From Nitrospirota bacterium (GTDB taxonomy: Bacteria; Nitrospirota; Thermodesulfovibrionia; Thermodesulfovibrionales; JdFR-85): 64,000 nt of DNA. A program made the translations under genes and the position numbers. The notes under the pieces are model-generated. The model did no database searches. It saw only the letters and a list, made by a program, of their open reading frames with translations, and was not told the DNA's origin. The stretch lies in assembly GCA_013152485.1 (NCBI GenBank), contig JAADGG010000060.1:4542-68541 (forward strand). Direction: 5' to 3'. Position 1 is the stretch's first letter. Each line of letters starts with the position of its first letter. This document shows, piece by piece, positions 1-6,891 of this stretch.

Positions 1-564
1 CGTTCTCCCTGGTCCTCAAGACGGCTCCCACGGTCCTGCCACGGTATACCAGGTATGAAAACTCTCCCTTTCCGGGCCCGGGAGGCGAATATTCTCCGAC
101 CAGTCTCGATTTTGCGCAACCGACGGTCGGCATGTCGAGAACGACGCCGACATGCGATGCGATACCGAACCCCTTTGGGTGCGCTATTCCCTGGCCGTCG
201 AACAGGATTACATCCGGTTTTCTGCCAAGCCTGTTGATCGCCTCTATCATTGCAGGGCCCTCCCTGAAGGAAAGGAATCCCGGCACGTACGGGAAGCGGA
301 CCCCGGCAACGGCACAGGCATCTCCGACATGCACGAGAGACGGGAATTCATACAGGCAGGCTGCGGCTATAACTCGATCACCGTGAAATGCTGCATCCAC
401 CCCTGCAACGTATTCGATCCTCGTTCTCAAGGGGGAAATCCTTACACGGCCCCTCAGGGCAAGCTGTACCGCCTTTGCCCCCTCGATGTCTTCAGGCCAA
501 GCCGGTATCGCGTCAGGCCCGCTGACGGGACCGGACGGCGAGTCGGGAGAGTTCCTGCCGGCAC
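1..564 (-). CDS. nfi: Endonuclease V (Nfi), C-terminus cut by window edge
   Basis: Not in the ORF track because it runs off the left edge. My reverse-complement translation reads ...IEYVAGVDAAF...VRFPYVPGFLSFREGPAMIEAI...PDVILFDGQGIAHPKGFGIASHVGVVLDMPTVGCAKSRLVGEY... This matches Nfi signatures as I recall them (PYxPGxLSFRE, DGxGxAHPR, GCAKS). A candidate GTG start at 564 directly abuts the TGA of the upstream gene. The start is uncertain. Confidence 0.8.
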
Positions 565-2313
565 TCACGGCAGGCGCCCTTCCAGGATGAAATCGATGTA
601 GTCGAGATTGAAGAGCCCATCCATCACCCTGACGGTCAACACATGCCTCCCCTTGGTCAGGGTCACGGACTTCCCGGTCACAGAGGTCCACCTGTTCCAC
701 CCGCCGGTTGCACTGCTCATCCTGATATCCGCAACAGGCCTTCCGTCCACTTCCAGCAGTATCCCCCTGTTCTCTCCGGCCTCCGGCGAGGCAAAAGGCA
801 CCACAACGGCATACCTGCCCCCCTGCAGGACGTCCACCGTATACCTGAGCCATTCACCGTCATGGATCCAGCCTATTCTCCTGCCGTCCGTATCCACTCC
901 CTCACCCACCCTGAACGCGGTCCCTGCCGCCAAGGCCCCATGGTTGATATCGTCGGCATCGTTGTAGGCAACGCCCTGACCGCCCTCGTCAAAGTACTGC
1001 AGTTCAATGCGACCGGGGATGACCTGAGGTCTCCCCCTGTAAGGGCGGCTGGGTTCGACACTCTCGACGTAGAGGCGAAGGGGACCGGAGATGCCGATGC
1101 GGGCATCGTCGTCTTCAGCCATGGCAACGAACACATGCTCGGTCAGCAGGCTTCTCACGCCCCTCTGGTCGGCCGGCCTCATATAGAATGTCTTCGAGTA
1201 ATGAGTTTCATCGAAGGTCACCCTGAAACGGTAGGGGAAGGCCGTCCTTGTCTCGATCAGGTATCCATTGTCGAAGAGGTGTACTGCGCGTATAGTGCCG
1301 TCGGGGTCTTCGGCCGAGACATCCACGGTCACACTGCCGCCCTCCCTGACGGCCAGGGGCACGGCAACCGGCGGAGCGGTTATCTCCACCCTCGGGGGAC
1401 GGTTGTCACCATGGTCTTTCTCGTACACCCTCACATAATCGATTACATAGTAGTCGGGAAGGACGGCATCCCTGTAGTCCCCGGTGAAGCCGACACGTCC
1501 GGCACTGCCCGTGTTGGCGGACAGCCACACCCTACAGGGCTTGGTGGTCACAGCCTGTTCCTTGCCCCACCTCAGGACTTCCACGCCGTCTACATAGAAG
1601 ACATACTCTATCGGCGTCCATTTCAGCCCGAACACGTGAAATGCATTCCAGTCATCCACCCGAGTAAGCCTGGTAAAGGACTTTGCATAGGCCGAGGGGA
1701 TTCCCGAGTGAAGAGCCTCCTGGATCACCTTCTCCTTCCGTCCCTTTCCCGGAAAGTCCTCGACGATATCCACCTCAAGACCGTGGAGAAACGGGTTGGG
1801 CCCCATACGCTCCCTGTAGAGCCAGAAGGCGGCCCACCAGCCAGGCTGGGTTGAGAGCTTCAGCCTGGCTTCAAAGTAGCCGTAAAGGAACGCCGCCCTT
1901 GACCTCATGCCGCCGACGATCAGGTCACCATTGCGGTCACGGCTGAACCTGATGACCGCGTGGCCTTCGCCGTCAAGGTAGACATTTTCAGCCTTGCGGT
2001 AGCCCTTAGGCCACCCTGCCCCCAGATCGTTAGGCCCCTCGGTCAGTATCTGCCACTTCCCGGGATCAATCGTCGTACCGTCAAACTCGTCACTCCATAC
2101 CAGCTTCCAGGTCTTGTCCCTTGAGACGTCGAATCGCGCAGGCACTGCCCTTTCAGCCGGCGCCGAAGTCCCGCTCTTGTCTGCAGCCACCGCCGCCCCT
2201 GCATCAAGGCCTATGAGCCCTGTCTCACCTCCGGGTGCCGGCAGTGACATGACGACGGTGAGCATCACGGTCAGCGGCAGGCAAACCATCATTCGGTCAA
2301 TCCATCCACTCAT
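565..2313 (-). CDS. Secreted glycoside hydrolase family 16 (laminarinase-like beta-glucanase) with C-terminal CBM6-like module
   Basis: 582-aa ORF with a hydrophobic N-terminal signal-like segment. GH16 motifs WSDEFDG and catalytic EVDIVE (ExDxxE) are present. The C-terminal ~130 aa (GRIELQYFDEGGQGVAYND...WLRYTVDV...LDYIDF) resembles a CBM6-type sugar-binding module. Confidence 0.8.
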   Translation of the reverse strand: MSGWIDRMMVCLPLTVMLTVVMSLPAPGGETGLIGLDAGAAVAADKSGTSAPAERAVPARFDVSRDKTWKLVWSDEFDGTTIDPGKWQILTEGPNDLGAGWPKGYRKAENVYLDGEGHAVIRFSRDRNGDLIVGGMRSRAAFLYGYFEARLKLSTQPGWWAAFWLYRERMGPNPFLHGLEVDIVEDFPGKGRKEKVIQEALHSGIPSAYAKSFTRLTRVDDWNAFHVFGLKWTPIEYVFYVDGVEVLRWGKEQAVTTKPCRVWLSANTGSAGRVGFTGDYRDAVLPDYYVIDYVRVYEKDHGDNRPPRVEITAPPVAVPLAVREGGSVTVDVSAEDPDGTIRAVHLFDNGYLIETRTAFPYRFRVTFDETHYSKTFYMRPADQRGVRSLLTEHVFVAMAEDDDARIGISGPLRLYVESVEPSRPYRGRPQVIPGRIELQYFDEGGQGVAYNDADDINHGALAAGTAFRVGEGVDTDGRRIGWIHDGEWLRYTVDVLQGGRYAVVVPFASPEAGENRGILLEVDGRPVADIRMSSATGGWNRWTSVTGKSVTLTKGRHVLTVRVMDGLFNLDYIDFILEGRLP

Positions 2314-2362
2314 GCGTAATCTCCGGCAACGGCCGCCTCATGGGTATCCGTGTATTCTACTA

Positions 2363-2419
2363 CTCGGCAACTAAAGACTGTAACCCTCTCATAACGCCGG
2401 ATAAAGTCCGGCATGGCAA
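2363..2419. repeat. Left copy of ~58-nt imperfect direct repeat
   Basis: ctcggcaactaaagactgtaaccctctcataacgccggataaagtccggcatggcaa matches 2606-2663 at about 49 of ~60 aligned positions (my hand alignment). It contains a small hairpin, gccgga/tccggc. Confidence 0.7.
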
Positions 2420-2452
2420 ACTGCTGCCCGGATACAGAGATAAAAATGGAAA

Positions 2453-2582
2453 GGGAGCTATATGACAGACTCTGAACGGTTTTAATTTCGCAATTCACCC
2501 GGATGGTGAATTGCGAAATTCCCTCGGAGTCCCGGCCGGACGCCGGGACGAGAATGAGTGAAGAGCCTGTCATATAGCTCCC
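2453..2582. repeat. 130-nt nested perfect-palindrome element (MITE-like or structured RNA)
   Basis: Outer 16-nt perfect inverted repeat: gggagctatatgacag (2453-2468) / ctgtcatatagctccc (2567-2582). It encloses a 16-bp perfect hairpin (2484-2499 / 2505-2520, 5-nt loop) and an 8-bp GC hairpin (2529-2536 / 2542-2549). Confidence 0.75.
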
Positions 2583-2605
2583 AACAACCATAAATTATTG
2601 CAGGA

Positions 2606-2663
2606 TTCGGCAAATAAAATACTGTAGCCCTTTCATGTACGCAGGATAAATCCGGTATGACAA
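2606..2663. repeat. Right copy of ~58-nt imperfect direct repeat
   Basis: ttcggcaaataaaatactgtagccctttcatgtacgcaggataaatccggtatgacaa, the direct-repeat partner of 2363-2419. Confidence 0.7.
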
Positions 2664-2740
2664 TCACTTCCTCCAACCTTTTAACCATGGTTAGGGTGTT
2701 TTATTGCCGGTGTAATAGTTTCGGCAGGCCCTCGGGGGAC

Positions 2741-4093
2741 CTAAAGCTCGGGTAACCTCGAGAGGGCCTCCCGGATCTTCTCCTCAGGGTATTCATAATC
2801 GGTCAGCTTGCCGTCGAGGTAGTCGGCGTAGGCCTGGAGGTCGAGATAGCCGTGGCCGCTGAGATTGAACAGTATGGCCTTCTCCTTCCCCTCCTCCCTG
2901 CAAAGCAGGGCCTCGTCAACGGCAGCCCTGACGGCATGAGCGGTCTCGGGAGCCGGGATTATACCCTCGGTACGTGCAAACTGGAGTGCTGCCTCAAATA
3001 CCGCAGTCTGGGGATAGGCCTTCGCCTCTATCAGTCCGTCGTGGTAGAGCTGGCTCACGAGCGGGGCATCTCCGTGATACCTCAGACCGCCTGCGTGTAT
3101 GCCGGGAGGGACGAAGTCGTGTCCGAGGGTGTACATCATGGCGAGAGGGGTCAGGCCTGCCGTGTCGCCGAAATCATATCTGAACTCACCCTTTGTCAGC
3201 GTCGGGCATGACGTGGGCTCGACCGCTACCACCCTGAGCTCCCTGCCGTTGATCTTGTCCCGCAGGAACGGAAAGCTCACACCAGCAAGGTTGCTTCCCC
3301 CGCCGCAGCAGCCGACTATCACGTCAGGGTAGTCCCCGGCAAGCTCGAACTGTCTCATCGCCTCGAGACCGATCACGGTCTGGTGCAGGAGCACGTGGTT
3401 GAGAACCGAGCCGAGCGCATAGTTGGTGTCACTGCGGCCTGCCGCGTCCTCGACAGCCTCGGATATGGCTATACCGAGGCTTCCGGGGCTGTCCGGGTCT
3501 GACTCGAGGATCCTCCTTCCGGCACTGGTGATGCTGGTAGGGCTTGCATGTACGGTGGCTCCCCAGGTCTCCATCGCAATCCGCCTGTACGGTTTCTGTT
3601 CATAGCTCACCTTCACCATGTAGACGGTGACGTCCACGCCGAAGAGGCTTCCGGCCAGTGCCATCGAAGAACCCCACTGGCCGGCACCGGTCTCGGTTGC
3701 TATCCTCCTGATGCCGGCCTTCTTGTTGTAGTATGCCTGGGGGATGGACGTATTGGGCTTGTGACTGCCTGCAGGACTCACTCCCTCATACTTGTAATAG
3801 ATCCTTGCCGGCGTGCCGAGTGCCTCCTCGAGCCTGCGGGCCCTGAAAAGGGGGCTCGGCCTCCACAGGGCGTATGCCTTCAGTACCTCCTCGGGAATCT
3901 GTATCCACCTGTCCGTAGAGACCTCCTGCTCGATAAGCGACATGGGAAATATCACGGCAAGGTCGTCCGGACCCACGGGCTGCTTTGTGGCCGGATGCAG
4001 GGGAGGCCTTGGAAGGTTCGGCATGTCCGCCATGATGTTGTACCACCTGGTGGGAATCTCTCCGTCCGGCAAGACGATCTTCGTATCGCTCAT
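2741..4093 (-). CDS. trpB2: Tryptophan synthase beta chain, long TrpB2 type
   Basis: 450-aa ORF. The length and N-terminus (IPTRWYN), the PLP-lysine context GSHKPNT and the GGGSN loop fit TrpB2-type enzymes. No trpA is adjacent. Confidence 0.85.
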   Translation of the reverse strand: MSDTKIVLPDGEIPTRWYNIMADMPNLPRPPLHPATKQPVGPDDLAVIFPMSLIEQEVSTDRWIQIPEEVLKAYALWRPSPLFRARRLEEALGTPARIYYKYEGVSPAGSHKPNTSIPQAYYNKKAGIRRIATETGAGQWGSSMALAGSLFGVDVTVYMVKVSYEQKPYRRIAMETWGATVHASPTSITSAGRRILESDPDSPGSLGIAISEAVEDAAGRSDTNYALGSVLNHVLLHQTVIGLEAMRQFELAGDYPDVIVGCCGGGSNLAGVSFPFLRDKINGRELRVVAVEPTSCPTLTKGEFRYDFGDTAGLTPLAMMYTLGHDFVPPGIHAGGLRYHGDAPLVSQLYHDGLIEAKAYPQTAVFEAALQFARTEGIIPAPETAHAVRAAVDEALLCREEGKEKAILFNLSGHGYLDLQAYADYLDGKLTDYEYPEEKIREALSRLPEL

Positions 4094-4214
4094 GGCACCT
4101 CCATCGGTTTCTGATGTTTTCCGTCACTTTCCGTTCAGGCGCTCTGCGTCGGAGCGCATGATCGCAAGAGGCTGAGGGGCGTCCGGCGCTTCGAGGGCGC
4201 CTGTCCCGGCGGCA

Positions 4215-4240
4215 TCCGGCTTTCAGAACGGAAAGCCGGA
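4215..4240 (-). terminator. 10-bp perfect hairpin 25 nt downstream of the 4266-5042 gene (candidate terminator, no U-tract)
   Basis: tccggctttc (4215-4224) / gaaagccgga (4231-4240) with a 6-nt loop. No T-run follows on the minus strand, so intrinsic-terminator status is doubtful. Confidence 0.3.
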
Positions 4241-4265
4241 CCGATCCCCGGTCTTGAGAGCCTCG

Positions 4266-5042
4266 TCACCAGGCCGCATCTATCTGGAGAAGCGCGCGTG
4301 TGTCGAACTCCCTGTCGGACGTGACGGCGATCTGCGACCCCACACCGAGGAAGAGCTCCGGTTTAAGCTTGAACTTCAGGGCAGGCAGGAGGTAGATGAT
4401 CGTCTCATCCTTCGACAGCTCACCCTCCAGCTCGATTATAGGGAACAGGGAATCCGTGGCCTTGAACACACCGGAGACCCCGGTCTCCACCATCTTCATC
4501 TCGGGCATGTAATGAACATTACCGTCGAAGATCGCAAAGTCCTTGAAGACCTTGCGTGCCGCAACCCCGAAAGCACCGACGACATCGTCCTGCCCTTCGG
4601 GGATGGTTCCCGAAGGAACCAGGGCGCCTCCGAACACGGAGACCCCGCTTTCGGCTTCTGCATCCTGAACGACGGCGTACATCAACATCACGTCGGTACG
4701 CGGATTCTGATTGATCGCGTTGCTGCGTACGTGCAGGCCCACACGGTCGTAAAGACCCGCCTCGAGGTGAAACCCGTAATCACTCCTCGACTCTTCTCCG
4801 CTGTAGCCCTGCCTGTAACCGGTTATCCTCGTGGTCACCATTCCGGGACTGTCAGGGATACCCATGTGGTTGAAAAACGGGTGAGGAAATCCATGGGCCA
4901 TCTCCATGCCGTCTCCCATCTTCATGCCGTCCTCCGGCGGGGAATCGGCCCCGGCCTGGGCGTAAACACGGCCCACACCCAGGGCGAACACGAGCACCGT
5001 CAACACACACAACACAGACCAACCAAAGAACTTCCCGTTCAT
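4266..5042 (-). CDS. Hypothetical exported protein, outer-membrane beta-barrel-like, Met/His-rich N-terminal region
   Basis: 258-aa ORF behind SD GGAGGAGGTGAAGG. It has a signal peptide (VLVFALGVGRVYAQA) and a mature N-terminus DGMKMGDGMEMAHGFPHPFFNHMG. The body has an alternating beta-strand-like pattern and ends in ...LLQIDAAW (aromatic terminus typical of OMPs). The family is not recognised. Confidence 0.55.
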   Translation of the reverse strand: MNGKFFGWSVLCVLTVLVFALGVGRVYAQAGADSPPEDGMKMGDGMEMAHGFPHPFFNHMGIPDSPGMVTTRITGYRQGYSGEESRSDYGFHLEAGLYDRVGLHVRSNAINQNPRTDVMLMYAVVQDAEAESGVSVFGGALVPSGTIPEGQDDVVGAFGVAARKVFKDFAIFDGNVHYMPEMKMVETGVSGVFKATDSLFPIIELEGELSKDETIIYLLPALKFKLKPELFLGVGSQIAVTSDREFDTRALLQIDAAW

Positions 5043-5445
5043 CCTTCACCTCCTCCAGAACCCCGGGATCAACCGTCCTGCCAGCGGACGGCACATCAAG
5101 CAGGAACGGCCGCCTCTCAACAAGTATAGCAGCATTTACGGTCAAATGTTAACATGTGTCCCGGAAGAGGCGGCTGCCCGCTGTTCGGCTGAATGCCTCG
5201 AGTGCGGAATCGGTCTACAAGGTAAACCCCCGTCACCGCCAAAGTAACGTCTGCATCCGTCCTTATCAGGTTGATCTGCACGTAGTAGTAAAACTTGCCT
5301 GGATCCATCACATGATCGAGAGCCCTGCCTGCCGGGGAGAACGTCGGTGCCGGCATCCCGCATGAAGTACAGGTCATGCAAGGACAGCCCCATGCGGAAC
5401 ACCGGGCATACACACTTCCCTACGCGTGCTGCACTTAGCGGTGAA

Positions 5446-5775
5446 CTATTCCTCCTCCCCCACGGGTTCCTTTCCGCTTCTCACGGCAGCGTTCGTGGGG
5501 CTGAAGTAGTAGAGGAATATCGGCTTCTCGGTCCGAAGCATCTCCAGCGTGGCATGGAATTGAGACAGGTTGAAGTGCAGGAATATACGCCCTGAAGCTG
5601 AATGGAACACTGGAGGAGCCAGTGGTGTACCGTCGGGAAAGAAGTATACATATCCCCTGTAGGTATTCCCCTCGTAAAGGTATATGCCGGCAACCGCCGT
5701 GCCGGGACTCAGGTCGGTCGTCGGTCTGCTCGACCACAAACGTACAGCATACCCGTCAATCTTGAATTGTGCCAT
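5446..5775 (-). CDS. Small protein of unknown function (109 aa), paralogue of 34511-34822
   Basis: The track ORF (178 aa) is trimmed to the internal ATG at 5775, preceded by SD AGAGGGGGA. From MAQFKIDGY... it aligns end-to-end with the 103-aa protein at 34511-34822 (LRTEKPIFLYY / LRNEKPVYIYF; tails EPVGEEE / EPIGEGE). Confidence 0.6.
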   Translation of the reverse strand: MAQFKIDGYAVRLWSSRPTTDLSPGTAVAGIYLYEGNTYRGYVYFFPDGTPLAPPVFHSASGRIFLHFNLSQFHATLEMLRTEKPIFLYYFSPTNAAVRSGKEPVGEEE

Positions 5776-6033
5776 GATCGATCCCCCTCTTGGTTTGCCC
5801 GGTTTCTTGATTGTTTGCAGCTCCTCGTACTGGACTGAAAAAGACTGCGGCACCGATACACTCCCTCTCTTACACGATCCCCACCCCCTTTCCTGCCCTG
5901 ACACCGAGACAGCACAGCCTGCCGCGTCAAGGCATCCTGAGGAATCATAGAGAAAAGACCCGGCAACACCCTCCCTTTGCATGCCGGCAGACGAGAGTAA
6001 TGCAACTTTACCCCAACTATATCACATCCTGCG

Positions 6034-6891
6034 TCACTTGACAAGGCTCGTTCCGGGACTGAAGACAGGGCAGGACGAAGGGCTGCCCTTGCAGGCGCAG
6101 TCGCGGCAGAGCCCCATGATCCCCTGATGACAGAGGGCGAAGTCGTACTTGAGGGGATCTTCAGGGTCGAACTCCTTGAGGCTCTCCGTGATCTCCACGG
6201 CCGTCTTCCAGTCGCTGCTCCGCCTCCCGGTGAGGCCGAGACACCTGCCGATCCTTGCAATATGGGTATCGAGGGGAATGACGAGTCTGCTCCTCGGAAC
6301 ACCCCTCCAGATGCCGAAGTCGGTATCCCCCCTCCTGACCATCCATCTCAGGAAGAGGTTCATCCTCTTGCAGGCACTCCCCCTTTCCGGGGATGGAAAG
6401 AACTGCCTGAACCCCGGCGGGTTCACTCCCTGACCATAGACCGGCGTCTTGTCGAGAGACAGGGCATAGTCGACCACTGCCGAAACAGCGCTCGAGACGT
6501 CCCTGCCGTCATAGGAGTCGAGGAATGCAGCCTCGAGAGAGCCCCACTTTCCGAGCATCGCCGAGAGCACGTAGATCAGGCAGACTATGTCCTCCGTACT
6601 GTTGAACCTGTATCTCACACCGTCGAAGCGGCGGGCGTCTCTTCCCGGGTCGAAAGAGGCGACGAATCCGGCAGGGCTCTCTCCCATCGGCTCCAGCACA
6701 CGGTCGATCACGGCGCTGAAGAGATCCACCCTGCCGTAGGCCAGCACAGAGGCGATGAAACCGGCGACCTCTATGTCCATCTTCTCCCTGTAGCGGTGTG
6801 GAAACCTTACAGGGTCATGGAGGAGCCTCTCTCTGAAGTCGTAGGTGCGGTAGAGGTTATCGAGGATTCCTTTAAGCCCGGGGAAGTCCAA
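6034..6891 (-). CDS. TIGR02757/DUF2400-family protein (HhH-glycosylase-like fold, C-terminal Cys cluster)
   Basis: 285-aa ORF with a TTG start. The motifs LVIPLDTHIARIGRCLGL and DPLKYDFALCHQG match my recollection of DUF2400. The Cys-rich tail is CRDCACKGSPSSC. It overlaps the rnr 3' end by 20 nt. Confidence 0.6.
   Translation of the reverse strand: MDFPGLKGILDNLYRTYDFRERLLHDPVRFPHRYREKMDIEVAGFIASVLAYGRVDLFSAVIDRVLEPMGESPAGFVASFDPGRDARRFDGVRYRFNSTEDIVCLIYVLSAMLGKWGSLEAAFLDSYDGRDVSSAVSAVVDYALSLDKTPVYGQGVNPPGFRQFFPSPERGSACKRMNLFLRWMVRRGDTDFGIWRGVPRSRLVIPLDTHIARIGRCLGLTGRRSSDWKTAVEITESLKEFDPEDPLKYDFALCHQGIMGLCRDCACKGSPSSCPVFSPGTSLVK

Noticed and set aside
5776-5982. Upstream extensions of track ORFs: 5446-5982, 22360-23664, 34511-34867, 35074-35202, 44727-45560 and 40896-40928.
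   Set aside because: Internal ATGs are preceded by strong SD sequences and coincide with the start of paralogue or family homology or of signal peptides. The extensions have atypical composition.
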